Shown one piece after another: positions 18,976 to 28,203 of a stretch of 64,000 nucleotides of DNA (its first letter is position 1; the number at the start of each line of letters is the position of its first letter). Under the pieces are notes generated by a model that was not told the DNA's origin, ran no database searches, and saw only the letters and a list, made by a program, of their open reading frames with translations. The stretch is from IMG/VR virus record IMGVR_UViG_3300028596_000001; one strand, given 5' to 3'. The position numbers were made by a program, and so were the translations under genes. The stretch is from a virus. Taxonomy: Duplodnaviria; Caudoviricetes.

Positions 18976-20643
18976 TTAATTGCCCAGGCTAACAGAGTCC
19001 AGTTTGTTGCTGACCATGATGCTCGACATGTTCGCCAGGATCTTGGCAGTCTGCATACCACCTTTCAGAGCGGTGATGGACGCGTAGGCCGTGTCGTAGA
19101 TCCCGAGTTCTTCAGGCTGGCCACGACGACCGGTTGCCAGATCGAGTACATCTTTCTGCTCGTTGGCGTCCTGGAAGATACCTTCCATGAGGATTTCGTT
19201 TTGCTTGTGCGCAACGTCGATAACCCCACCGAGGATAGCCTTCCATTCGTTCGGGAACCAGATGGTTTCCGGGCCGGCGACTTCCTGCTCCACGAGCACC
19301 GCTACGGTGTCCATTGCCTTGATGAGGGTAGTACCAACCCCAGGCACGATACCGTTCACCAGCGCGCTCTTGACCGCCTTGATGACGTCTTCGAAACGGT
19401 CCTTACGTTCCTTCACGTCAGATTCGGTTTCGCCACCGACCCAGATGGTGATTACCTTACCGGTCATATTCCGGATACGGGTTTCGTCGAAACGAGCACG
19501 ACGGTTGAAACGGTTCAGTCCGTCATAGTTACCCAGCGCTTCACTGATCTCTTCCACACGCTCAACGATACGCGCCTTGGCTGCTTCACCAGGTTCGAAG
19601 ATCGAACGTACGTTGTTGGTAGTGAGCGGATCGGTAACCATGGTGATGTCGGTGTGCAGTACCTGGTCCAGGTTGGCGAACATAGGAACACCGAACATGA
19701 TAGCCAGGTCTTGCATCATCAGGCTCCCTACCGAGCCACCAGCACCGTTTACACGGCAACCGACGAACTGCATGTTCAGAGGAACCTGTTGCTGGGCTGC
19801 CCGCTGTTGCAGAGCGCCGTTGAAAGCGATCACCACGTTGTCCATGTTGGTCTCGATCGAACGAGTGATCAACAGGACCGTGACCAGACCTTCTTCGTGT
19901 TTGACGTCCTTGAAATGTTCCAGTACCGCGAACAGATCTTTCGGATCGTTACCACGAATGTAGTCATCGACGATTACCGGAATATAACGATCATAGGTAA
20001 CCTGGGTACGGTTCTTACCGGCATACAGCGGGTTGCTGTAGACGATGCCCAGATTCAGACCGTCGGTACGCACGACTTTGTCTTCGGCTTCCACACCGTG
20101 AACCAGTTCGATTGATGGGAACGAGTCTTCGTTTTCACGATACAGGTTCACCACCAGCGACGACAGCTTGACGTCGTTGTTCGACGAGGTGCGGGCCATG
20201 TCGTACAGGCGCTTGTCAGACACGTCGATGTGGATGGTGTTGTTCTGGAGCTCGGTGATCCACATCTGGCAGAGCTTGTCGATGAAAGCTTGTTCCTGGT
20301 AGGTATCGAACTCGCGATACAGCTTGAACAGTTCAGCCATCAGCAACGTGGTAGTGGTGGTACCGTCACCGCACTCTTCATCGGTCTTGATCGGTGCTTC
20401 GGTAGCCACCTTGTTGACCAGCTCTTTACGCGGGTCATTGAACTTGATGGAACGGGCAACGGTTACCCCGTCTTTGGTGACCTTGGGTTTGGTACCAGTG
20501 CTGATGACCGCCAGCTTACCGTTTGGGCCCATGGTCGCTACTACGGCCTTACGTACATCTTCGACCACTTCCGACACCAGTTCACCAGTTTGGGCGATGG
20601 TCAGGAAATCAACAATACCAGTGCTATTATCAAAACCGCGCAT
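18976..20643 (-). CDS. groEL: GroEL-like phage chaperonin
   Basis: ATMGPNG, VTKDGVTVA, GDGTTT, ERKDRFEDVIKAVKSALVNGIVPGVG, GIYDT; no GGM tail. Confidence 0.95.
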   Translation of the reverse strand: MRGFDNSTGIVDFLTIAQTGELVSEVVEDVRKAVVATMGPNGKLAVISTGTKPKVTKDGVTVARSIKFNDPRKELVNKVATEAPIKTDEECGDGTTTTTLLMAELFKLYREFDTYQEQAFIDKLCQMWITELQNNTIHIDVSDKRLYDMARTSSNNDVKLSSLVVNLYRENEDSFPSIELVHGVEAEDKVVRTDGLNLGIVYSNPLYAGKNRTQVTYDRYIPVIVDDYIRGNDPKDLFAVLEHFKDVKHEEGLVTVLLITRSIETNMDNVVIAFNGALQQRAAQQQVPLNMQFVGCRVNGAGGSVGSLMMQDLAIMFGVPMFANLDQVLHTDITMVTDPLTTNNVRSIFEPGEAAKARIVERVEEISEALGNYDGLNRFNRRARFDETRIRNMTGKVITIWVGGETESDVKERKDRFEDVIKAVKSALVNGIVPGVGTTLIKAMDTVAVLVEQEVAGPETIWFPNEWKAILGGVIDVAHKQNEILMEGIFQDANEQKDVLDLATGRRGQPEELGIYDTAYASITALKGGMQTAKILANMSSIMVSNKLDSVSLGN

Positions 20644-20689
20644 TACGAGTACTCCAACTAATAAAAGAATTCTTTAATGTGCCTCTGCA

Positions 20690-20712
20690 CACTATAGTAA
20701 TATAGGCTTCAG
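20690..20712 (-). promoter_or_regulatory. Early-type promoter TATATTAC upstream of groEL
   Basis: Minus strand CTGAAGCC-TATATTAC-TATAGTG. Confidence 0.7.
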
Positions 20713-21336
20713 TTATTTCTCAGCCGCATCGAATACTTCGCGTTCAAAGAACTTACGAAGCTGATGAATAGCTGCAATAGCTTTACCTACACCCTTAACT
20801 AACTCGTCGATCTGCTTAGCAGAACGGTTGGCCAGATCATGCCGACCAGCATAGGGCACGGGCACCCAAATGACGATGGTCTTGTGGCAATCACCGATGC
20901 TGACACTGCCGGTACCGTTCCGCTCCAGGTTGTAGGAGACCAGACCGGTGTAGCGACTGTCTTCTGGATTCAGCCAGTGCTTGGCCACTACCGGATCTTT
21001 CTCCTCCTTCCCCCAACCTTTATACAGCTTGAGGAACTCCTTGAGCGTGTCTTGTAGCAGTTGTAGCTTGCTTTCCTGCTTGACCAAACCCACGTCGTCA
21101 TCGATGTTGTGCAGGTGGACACGCACGCCGTCGATACCGATGTTCAGATGTCCATCCCAACTATAGTTGTAGTTCTCTGGAGCACCTTTCTTACGCTTCT
21201 CGTCGCTGATACGACAACTGGCGGTGAAACAGTAGTCCCAGTACGAAGTAGCCAGCGGATTAGTCGTACTGACGAACTCACGACCAATAACCGTTAACTG
21301 ATCAAAGCAAACTGTGCCTTTATCATAACCTTTCAT
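20713..21336 (-). CDS. Hypothetical protein
   Basis: ORF in tiling. Confidence 0.65.
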   Translation of the reverse strand: MKGYDKGTVCFDQLTVIGREFVSTTNPLATSYWDYCFTASCRISDEKRKKGAPENYNYSWDGHLNIGIDGVRVHLHNIDDDVGLVKQESKLQLLQDTLKEFLKLYKGWGKEEKDPVVAKHWLNPEDSRYTGLVSYNLERNGTGSVSIGDCHKTIVIWVPVPYAGRHDLANRSAKQIDELVKGVGKAIAAIHQLRKFFEREVFDAAEK

Positions 21337-21410
21337 AACAGTTGCCTCAAAAATACAAAAAGATGAAAACTAACCTCTACCTTATTCGGGTAGAGGTTAG
21401 AATTTACTTA

Positions 21411-21680
21411 TTACGCTGCCTTCCGTACGAGGTAGTAGGTACCCTTGCGGTCCACGAACTTGTAGTCGGCTTTGCCCTCGATCGGACCCATCGCTACCAT
21501 AGCCTCGATCTTCGAACCGAGGTTGAAGGCATTGTGGACCTTGCCCAGGACGTCGTCGGTAGTGAGGGCGTTGTCACCTACGTCTTTGACGATACGCACA
21601 CCCTCGGCGCCTTTCACTTGTTCCATCAGCCGCTTGAATTCAGCAGTGCCCAGCTTTTGTTGTACTTTGATAGTAGCCAT
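21411..21680 (-). CDS. Small hypothetical protein
   Basis: AGGAG RBS, biased codons. Confidence 0.7.
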   Translation of the reverse strand: MATIKVQQKLGTAEFKRLMEQVKGAEGVRIVKDVGDNALTTDDVLGKVHNAFNLGSKIEAMVAMGPIEGKADYKFVDRKGTYYLVRKAA

Positions 21681-21689
21681 TGTGGCTCC

Positions 21690-21956
21690 TTAGAAATAAT
21701 GGAAGAGGCAAATAACCGCGTAGATACCCAGATAAACCCAACCGATCTTGTACAGCACGTGGAGTCTTGCTAATAGCTTGACCTCTTGGGTCTCCTTCAT
21801 CTGGAAACCTTTACGACTAACCATATGAAGGAACACAATGCTAGGCCCACCAGACTGTTGGATGATGATGTCCACCAAAATGTTCCTGATAACCAAACGG
21901 TAGATTATCATCCAGACGACAAGCGCCCCGGTCAGGATATGGATACCGACCATCAT
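21690..21956 (-). CDS. Small membrane protein
   Basis: Two hydrophobic segments; ATGA-type overlap. Confidence 0.6.
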   Translation of the reverse strand: MMVGIHILTGALVVWMIIYRLVIRNILVDIIIQQSGGPSIVFLHMVSRKGFQMKETQEVKLLARLHVLYKIGWVYLGIYAVICLFHYF

Positions 21957-22351
21957 TCGACCAGCCTTTTAACGAAGTCTACCAACTTCTGCAAGTCGTA
22001 AACCTGGAAGTTGTCTGGCATCATCCCGGTGATGTCGAACTCCTCTTCACCATTACGGTAGAACACCTGGATGCCACGGTGGCGTTCGACGTACATGTAG
22101 AACCGACCACCCTTGTCGTCCGGGTTTTCTTTGTCTGCGTGGATAGTGACATCCGCGAACGAGTTACCCAGGCAGTAGGTGTAGGTGATCGACCCCAGTT
22201 TGTCGAAGATCGTGCCAAAGCTGGTCTTGTGGCCGTAAGCTTCTTTGTCCCAGACGAACTTGTTGTCCTGCACCATTGTCAGCCAACGCAGGAAGACATC
22301 TTGCTCTGCCATGGTTGGGGTGTGAGTTACTTCTGCTGCTGTTGTTGTCAT
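21953..22351 (-). CDS. Hypothetical protein
   Basis: GGAG RBS, tiling. Confidence 0.65.
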   Translation of the reverse strand: MTTTAAEVTHTPTMAEQDVFLRWLTMVQDNKFVWDKEAYGHKTSFGTIFDKLGSITYTYCLGNSFADVTIHADKENPDDKGGRFYMYVERHRGIQVFYRNGEEEFDITGMMPDNFQVYDLQKLVDFVKRLVE

Positions 22352-22365
22352 TACCGATTACTCCA

Positions 22366-22581
22366 TTAATACGAAAGGTTTGAGAAGGTACCCCAAGTGA
22401 TGATTACCTGCATGGTAAACAAACAACCTAGAACTACCTTCCCCCAGAAATCTTCCCGCCGAAAGAACTTAGTATAAGTCTTCGGTGAAAAATTGTACCC
22501 AATGTAACGATGCAACCACAACCGCACCAGGAAAACATAAACGGCAGTCAGTGCCATTAACCCAAGGTGGAAGTAGAGCAC
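22366..22581 (-). CDS. Small membrane protein
   Basis: Two hydrophobic segments. Confidence 0.55.
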   Translation of the reverse strand: MLYFHLGLMALTAVYVFLVRLWLHRYIGYNFSPKTYTKFFRREDFWGKVVLGCLFTMQVIITWGTFSNLSY

Positions 22582-22590
22582 GTTTACTCC

Positions 22591-23355
22591 TTATTTGAAA
22601 TGGCCACGTTTAATGGCTTCGGTAGTAATAGCCACACAACGGGCAAAGTCTTTGTGGGACAACAACCGTTTAACTCGGTGGATCTGGTCCATATACTCGA
22701 ACGCACCCCCGCGTTGAACTGCGGCCAGACGGAAGTCTTTGTAGTACTGGTGGTCCTTGAACTCGGCGAAGTCTTTGTCAAAGTCGCCCTCGTATGTAGA
22801 CAAGTAAGGTTCGTGTTCGGTAGCCAGTCGTAGGATCGGTCGCACATCGATTGGCCTGGCCACCCCGCTCTTCTCGCACACCGGAATCTTTGGGACATCC
22901 CAGAGTACGTTAATTGGAATACCTGCCCAGACGTCATCAGTCAAGTGCTCCAAGAACTCCCCACGGTTCAACGGGTCCTCGCAGGAGAGATCTCCTGGAT
23001 CTTCACCGAACTGCACCGGTAACTGAATTGCCCAGTTGAGGAGTTCTTCACCGAAGTACAGGGCCTCACTTGGGTCACTACCTTGCTGGTGACGGCCCCA
23101 GGCTTCCACTACTTGCAAGAAACCAGCAAAGGTACAACGACCGAAAGCATTGATGAGGTCATCAGCCATTTTGTAAGCAGGGGCCATGCGATCAGAACAA
23201 GCCTTCCGACAGACCAGATCGCTGGCGATCATCATGGTGTCGCCACCGTAAGCCTGCACCACGATGGACACCTGTTCAAACAGATCCCGAGCAATTGGGT
23301 TTTTACGGATCAGTTCGATTTCTTCAACGATGTTTTTATCATATTTACGAGACAT
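22591..23355 (-). CDS. Hypothetical protein
   Basis: 254-aa ORF, tiling. Confidence 0.7.
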   Translation of the reverse strand: MSRKYDKNIVEEIELIRKNPIARDLFEQVSIVVQAYGGDTMMIASDLVCRKACSDRMAPAYKMADDLINAFGRCTFAGFLQVVEAWGRHQQGSDPSEALYFGEELLNWAIQLPVQFGEDPGDLSCEDPLNRGEFLEHLTDDVWAGIPINVLWDVPKIPVCEKSGVARPIDVRPILRLATEHEPYLSTYEGDFDKDFAEFKDHQYYKDFRLAAVQRGGAFEYMDQIHRVKRLLSHKDFARCVAITTEAIKRGHFK

Positions 23356-23827
23356 GGCCTTTCACCATTTCCAAATATCGAACAAAGTCTTCGGCAACTT
23401 TAGCAGCTACCGCCCAACCAGCTTCACGATTGAACTCTGGCGTAACCTTCCAGTGTAGGTTCCATACCGGGAACCAGAAATGTTTGCCGGTCTTCGGGTG
23501 CGGCTGCTTGAGGAAGTTGATCCGCGACGTCTGGGTGATACCCATGAGGTGTTGCTGTTCCCCTAGGTGGTGACGGAACAAGCGCGACAGCTCGTCGATA
23601 TGGTCTGGATCACGCACACCGATCATGATGTACGGTTCATCCCACCCGCTGTTGTCATCATGACCTTGGCAGGACCAGAGGGTAACCAGTTCCGGTGACT
23701 TGTTGATTGCCAATACCAGAGACTGGATCTTTTCGTCAATGGCAGACAAAGGCAGGTGATCAGCCCGATTACGCATCACACGGAAATCAGTTGCGTGCAT
23801 GCGGTGGTTCTTGTTGAATACAGTCAT
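23345..23827 (-). CDS. Tyw3-like domain protein
   Basis: IDEKIQSLVLAINKSPELVTLWSCQGH resembles the Tyw3 N-terminal ID..I..LV..IN....T.SSCSGR motif. Confidence 0.45.
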   Translation of the reverse strand: MTVFNKNHRMHATDFRVMRNRADHLPLSAIDEKIQSLVLAINKSPELVTLWSCQGHDDNSGWDEPYIMIGVRDPDHIDELSRLFRHHLGEQQHLMGITQTSRINFLKQPHPKTGKHFWFPVWNLHWKVTPEFNREAGWAVAAKVAEDFVRYLEMVKGHVS

Positions 23828-23837
23828 TACTGAGCCC

Positions 23838-24041
23838 TTAATAAAGAGTTCTTGAAATTAAATAGCCAGCCACTAGTGCCAAAGAAATCACCAGTGAACC
23901 GCTAAACAAAGAAAACATACACAGCTGTAGATCGGTTAGCTTGCCCAGTATGTATTGACCACGATACGTACCGAACCAGCCGACAAACCACAGTACTACT
24001 AACACAGTGAAGCAGCTAAACATCACATCTAACCAGTCCAT
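23838..24041 (-). CDS. Small membrane protein
   Basis: Two TM segments. Confidence 0.55.
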   Translation of the reverse strand: MDWLDVMFSCFTVLVVLWFVGWFGTYRGQYILGKLTDLQLCMFSLFSGSLVISLALVAGYLISRTLY

Positions 24042-24117
24042 GTCGGCACCTATTCGATGTTAGTTACCAAGGAGTCCTAACGAACCCCATCCGGTTACAT
24101 TACCCATTACACAATCC

Positions 24118-24342
24118 TCAAATAAACATTGGTTGGTCTTTGGGGACTAACAATCCCTTATGGAACTGCAACGTCTCACCCACTCGCAGATTATTCTGCC
24201 CAGCCTTTATGAAAAATAAAAGGGTCCCACATGCAATGACTGCACCGGAACCCCTTATCGCCTTTACCTTAAAAGACGTAAACCGGGAGAGAATCAGATA
24301 CTCCTCTCTGGCTAGTTCTAAGTATCGACTTGGAAGGAGCAT
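24118..24342 (-). CDS. Hypothetical protein overlapping the upstream gene
   Basis: GAGG RBS before ATG 24342. Confidence 0.4.
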   Translation of the reverse strand: MLLPSRYLELAREEYLILSRFTSFKVKAIRGSGAVIACGTLLFFIKAGQNNLRVGETLQFHKGLLVPKDQPMFI

Positions 24343-24739
24343 CGACAACCTCTTCTTTGAAGTTGCAGTCCCGGAAGACTGCTTTATCTTGGAAGATGGT
24401 GTCGGAATCGTTCTCGATCGAACTTATTCCAACCTCCCGATCCCCCTTCTCATTCACATAGAGATAGAGGACCTTGTTAAATTTATCCGTGTGGTAAGTG
24501 ATGGCCAGCCCATCCAAACCTACCCAACCCGGATTAACGGTGTCGTACTTATCGCCGTTGTACATTACGTACTCGGAGGTCAGATCAAACACCGTTTCTT
24601 GCTGTACGGTTTGGATCTCGTGGAAATCCTCAGCCCGATCGGTGAAACCGTATTGCTTGCAAACGAGGGAATCGTCGGCTACAGCAGAGTTAGCCAACAA
24701 AGCCAGAGAACAAACTACAACACTGAACATCCCTTTCAC
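24269..24739 (-). CDS. Secreted/periplasmic protein with N- and C-terminal Cys
   Basis: Signal peptide ...LANSAVA; VCKQY and FRDCNF. Confidence 0.65.
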   Translation of the reverse strand: MKGMFSVVVCSLALLANSAVADDSLVCKQYGFTDRAEDFHEIQTVQQETVFDLTSEYVMYNGDKYDTVNPGWVGLDGLAITYHTDKFNKVLYLYVNEKGDREVGISSIENDSDTIFQDKAVFRDCNFKEEVVDAPSKSILRTSQRGVSDSLPVYVF

Positions 24740-25284
24740 GCTACTTCTCCTTGCAGGACCAGACGGCTGTTGATGATTTCGTTGATTGGCATGGCATCGA
24801 GTTCTTTCAGGTGTTTACGGTAGTGTTCCGCGATAGCGCTGATGCGCTCACCGAAAGGAGTGGTCTCGAGGCTACGGGTGTTCTTGCACTGGAGTTCCAG
24901 GCTGTGCAAGGTAGGACCAAAAGCACTGAAGCTAATCTTGTCCTTGGTCATCTTGCCGTGGAAGAACAGTGGACTTTCCTGGTCGACGAACTGGGAGAAG
25001 GTTACCGACTTATCACCTTTCAACCATTCACGGAAGTTTTCCAGCCCGTCAATGATTTCCAGGATATCAGCCTGGTATTTACCGATCTCGGTAGCAATGC
25101 TGAAAGTGTGCAGCGAGTCAGTGCTAATAATAGCCTGACGTTTGATACAGCCGTTGTCAGCGAACTCTACAACCGAACGGAGAATCAGATCACCGTTCTT
25201 TGCAACCGAAGCAGTGGATTCGAACACTACGTTACGGGTCTTGAATTCGTCAACGATAGCGCGGGAAGAAAATACGATAGCCAT
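24736..25284 (-). CDS. Hypothetical protein
   Basis: Start moved to ATG 25284 (AGGAG RBS). Confidence 0.65.
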   Translation of the reverse strand: MAIVFSSRAIVDEFKTRNVVFESTASVAKNGDLILRSVVEFADNGCIKRQAIISTDSLHTFSIATEIGKYQADILEIIDGLENFREWLKGDKSVTFSQFVDQESPLFFHGKMTKDKISFSAFGPTLHSLELQCKNTRSLETTPFGERISAIAEHYRKHLKELDAMPINEIINSRLVLQGEVA

Positions 25285-25347
25285 AACAAAAACTCCTATT
25301 AGGTGTCTACACAGACGACCTGTCAATAATGGTAGGCTTAGCAGCCG

Positions 25348-25569
25348 TTACATCCGATAAAACTGCGAAGCCAATTCCAGGATCATGTAGACGTCCCAGA
25401 GCAGGATTCCAGCCGCCACTGCTATCCCCAAGCAGCAAGCGTTGTATTCAGCGGAATACTCTTCCGTTTGACTTAGACTGCGATTGCAGAACCGTATCAC
25501 CCAAATGCAAAATGCAATGGTTACAACGAAGAAGAGTACCCCAAGTATTATAATCTTTGCGGCGGTCAT
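25348..25569 (-). CDS. Small membrane protein
   Basis: Two TM segments; first gene after a promoter box. Confidence 0.6.
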   Translation of the reverse strand: MTAAKIIILGVLFFVVTIAFCIWVIRFCNRSLSQTEEYSAEYNACCLGIAVAAGILLWDVYMILELASQFYRM

Positions 25570-25623
25570 GCCAGTTACTCCTTGTGGTTATGCAATGCTT
25601 ATTAAAAACATCTACGTGCATTA

Positions 25624-25646
25624 CACCCAAGTAATATAGACCTGAC
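25624..25646 (-). promoter_or_regulatory. Early-type promoter TATATTAC
   Basis: Minus strand GTCAGGTC-TATATTAC-TTGGGTG. Confidence 0.7.
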
Positions 25647-25658
25647 CGCCTCTAGAAG

Positions 25659-26159
25659 TTAAACGGTTAGTTTAAGCCTGGTGTAGATACCGGTCTGGTC
25701 AATTACCTGGAAGCCCAAACGCTGGTAGAAGTTCAGTCCCCGTTTGTTATCACGGTAGCACTGGACCTCCAATGGTTGCTTGAAGATCTCCATGTGGTTG
25801 TTAACCAGGTAACTACCGCTAGTCCACCCCCGACACCATTCCTCGAAGTAAATAGAAAGGAGTTGGTCTTCTGCCACTGCCATAAAGCCAACCGGTTCAC
25901 CGCTACGTTCGAAGACATATACCCAGTCGAGTAGCTTCAGGTATTCATCGAACTTCTCGTCCATGAAACCAGGTTTACGGCACTGGGCGATCTGGTCTTT
26001 GAACATCTCACTAACTGCCTCACAAGAGAGCAGTAAACTGAGTTCATAGCGCGTCAGTTCATCCCAGAGACGTCTAACACTTTTAATGATCTCTTCGGTA
26101 AGACCGGTCTTGGAATACATCTTGACGATAGCACCACGCAGTTTCCCGTCGTTTCTCAT
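25659..26159 (-). CDS. GNAT acetyltransferase (YjaB-like)
   Basis: GEPVGFMAV..LLSIYFEEWCRG..NKRGLNFYQRLGF. Confidence 0.8.
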   Translation of the reverse strand: MRNDGKLRGAIVKMYSKTGLTEEIIKSVRRLWDELTRYELSLLLSCEAVSEMFKDQIAQCRKPGFMDEKFDEYLKLLDWVYVFERSGEPVGFMAVAEDQLLSIYFEEWCRGWTSGSYLVNNHMEIFKQPLEVQCYRDNKRGLNFYQRLGFQVIDQTGIYTRLKLTV

Positions 26160-26785
26160 TCAGTCAGTTCCTTACGGGCTACAGTCAAAATAGCTTCCAA
26201 CTGAGCCAATGTGTAATGACCATCCACAACAGCATAACTCCCACGAAAATCGACATACCCAGCCCAGTTGTCGATAATACTCTTTTGTAGCTCAATGTTC
26301 TCCGGGGTGTATGCCGTGGTACGGGAGCCATTGAGAGCTGCTGGATCGAACTCCGAAGTGACACTAAAGCCACATTTAAGAGCCAACTGCACCATTCCGA
26401 CGACTTCGCCGCTCCAAACCATCTTGAGTTGTGCATAAGTAACACTAGCTGCCGCCTTGTATTCACGGAGCATGCTGAAAGCATGTCCGCAATGGCGAAA
26501 CGCTTCCAGCACAAAGATCTCCAGCACTTGGTTAGCGCCGGCCATCAGGTAGCCTACAGGTTCGCCATCATGCAAGCCTTCAATAATGGTGATGTAATCT
26601 ACCCCATGATCGATAGCCTCGCGGAGTTCTTTTTCCGCTTGCTCTTCTTCAGAAAGTTTCAAACCATGCAGTTCCCGATACATGAAAAGCAATGTTTGGA
26701 ACGGGCCTCCGTAAAAAGCTTGAGAGAAATCTGATTTCTCTGGTTTGCCGTATTTCTGAGTAAAGAAGGTATGTGAAACTTGCAT
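26156..26785 (-). CDS. GNAT acetyltransferase-like
   Basis: GEPVGYLMA..VLEIFVLEAFRHCGHA..LKCGF. Confidence 0.65.
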   Translation of the reverse strand: MQVSHTFFTQKYGKPEKSDFSQAFYGGPFQTLLFMYRELHGLKLSEEEQAEKELREAIDHGVDYITIIEGLHDGEPVGYLMAGANQVLEIFVLEAFRHCGHAFSMLREYKAAASVTYAQLKMVWSGEVVGMVQLALKCGFSVTSEFDPAALNGSRTTAYTPENIELQKSIIDNWAGYVDFRGSYAVVDGHYTLAQLEAILTVARKELTE

Positions 26786-26806
26786 AAATAAAACTCCTAA
26801 GGTAAT

Positions 26807-26834
26807 GGGTAAGCTAGCCTAGGCTAGCTTACCC
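26807..26834. repeat. Perfect 28-bp palindrome centred on CCTAGG
   Basis: GGGTAAGCTAGCCT|AGGCTAGCTTACCC. Confidence 0.85.
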
Positions 26835-26845
26835 TACACCGGTTG

Positions 26846-27430
26846 TTAGTTAATGTCTTTAGCCAGACGCCAGATGAGATTGGTGATCGCAGTATTCGTT
26901 GGATACGCTGTCTGTTCGGAATCGTCCTGCACGAACCCCAACCGGTCGAAGAAAGCTAATGCATCCGGACTCTGATACCCGACGGCTGCAGTTACTTCCT
27001 TTACATCGAAACGATTAATGTACAACTCCAGCAAAGACAACCCAATGCGGTCCTTACGGAAGGCTGGCATGATGTAAAGCGCCAGCACATGGTTTTGGAC
27101 ATTCATAGCCAGGTAACCAACCACCATGCCAGTATTGGCTTCCATGGTGATGAGCTTTGCTGTCTCTTCCATTTCCAAGGAGAACATTTCGCTACGCTGT
27201 ACAGGATCCAGTGCCCAGTCGAGCTTCCGCTTGAAGCGCGGATCTTTCATGAACACCGGCAGCTGTTCATAAATGCTCATGTTGTAAAGCTCTTTAACCA
27301 TGCCATAAATGGATGAATCTATCGCATTACCGTCCATCATGATCAAACGAGCCTGGAAATCGTTTGCATGCTTAACTTGGCGACGAGGAAGACCGAACAC
27401 ATTACGCTCAAACAAATTCTTATTAGACAT
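26846..27430 (-). CDS. GNAT acetyltransferase
   Basis: VVGYLAM..VLALYIMPAFRKDRIG..ALAFFDRLGF. Confidence 0.8.
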   Translation of the reverse strand: MSNKNLFERNVFGLPRRQVKHANDFQARLIMMDGNAIDSSIYGMVKELYNMSIYEQLPVFMKDPRFKRKLDWALDPVQRSEMFSLEMEETAKLITMEANTGMVVGYLAMNVQNHVLALYIMPAFRKDRIGLSLLELYINRFDVKEVTAAVGYQSPDALAFFDRLGFVQDDSEQTAYPTNTAITNLIWRLAKDIN

Positions 27431-27442
27431 ACCAAATACTCC

Positions 27443-27874
27443 TCAGCTGCGGGTGCAGTCTGCCAAAAACACGCCGCGGTTGATTTCGCGATCATCGTTA
27501 GTGAGATAAACAATGAAATACGTTTTACCATCATCGTCAACACGACGGAACAACATATCGCGTTGATTGCCAGCCACACCGCTGATAGCCCCACCCTCGG
27601 GGATACTCAGCTTGAGTCCTTCCTTGAAAAGATCATTCTTTTCGACGGTGAACTCGTACTTGGTTTGCTCTATTACGATTTCCTTTTGAATAACCGGGTT
27701 ATCAGTCAGGAAACCTTGAGTCATGTTCATTGCGTTGTCAGTGTACTTCTGGCACGTGTAGGTCTTCAGGACCTGGGCGCCAACGGTAGGGTCTACCGCA
27801 ATAAAAGGCTGTTGGTTCATAGCAGCAAAACCAACAGTAGGAATCAGGGACAGTACCAGTGCAATCTTCTTCAT
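27443..27874 (-). CDS. Secreted/periplasmic protein with N- and C-terminal Cys
   Basis: Signal peptide MKKIALVLSLIPTVGFA; TCQKY and LADCTRS. Confidence 0.65.
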   Translation of the reverse strand: MKKIALVLSLIPTVGFAAMNQQPFIAVDPTVGAQVLKTYTCQKYTDNAMNMTQGFLTDNPVIQKEIVIEQTKYEFTVEKNDLFKEGLKLSIPEGGAISGVAGNQRDMLFRRVDDDGKTYFIVYLTNDDREINRGVFLADCTRS

Positions 27875-27918
27875 GAAACACTCCTAAATGAATCGAGTGC
27901 AAGTAGACCAGAATTGGC

Positions 27919-28203
27919 TTACTTGTTGAAACGGGCTTTCAGTTCTTCCAGCTTACGCAGTTTGGTCTTGCCCGCCTTGCGCGCTTTCCACACAGCAGTA
28001 CCATGTACACGGCAGTACCAATCAATCCACTTGGGGTTCAGACCGAAGGTGGTATCACCGCGAAGCTCTGGTTCTGGATCAGGCCCGAGTTTAGCTTCCA
28101 GTTTAGGCGGTGTACGATTAATAGCGTCGTAGATAGCCTGATCCATACCTGGCATGATCCCGTCGAAGTCGGCGTTCAGGGATTTCAATTTATCATTAGT
28201 CAC
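27919..28203 (-). CDS. WxxWY-module protein
   Basis: Start moved to GTG 28203 (GGAG RBS); NPKWIDWYCRVHGTAVWKARKAG. Confidence 0.6.
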   Translation of the reverse strand: MTNDKLKSLNADFDGIMPGMDQAIYDAINRTPPKLEAKLGPDPEPELRGDTTFGLNPKWIDWYCRVHGTAVWKARKAGKTKLRKLEELKARFNK

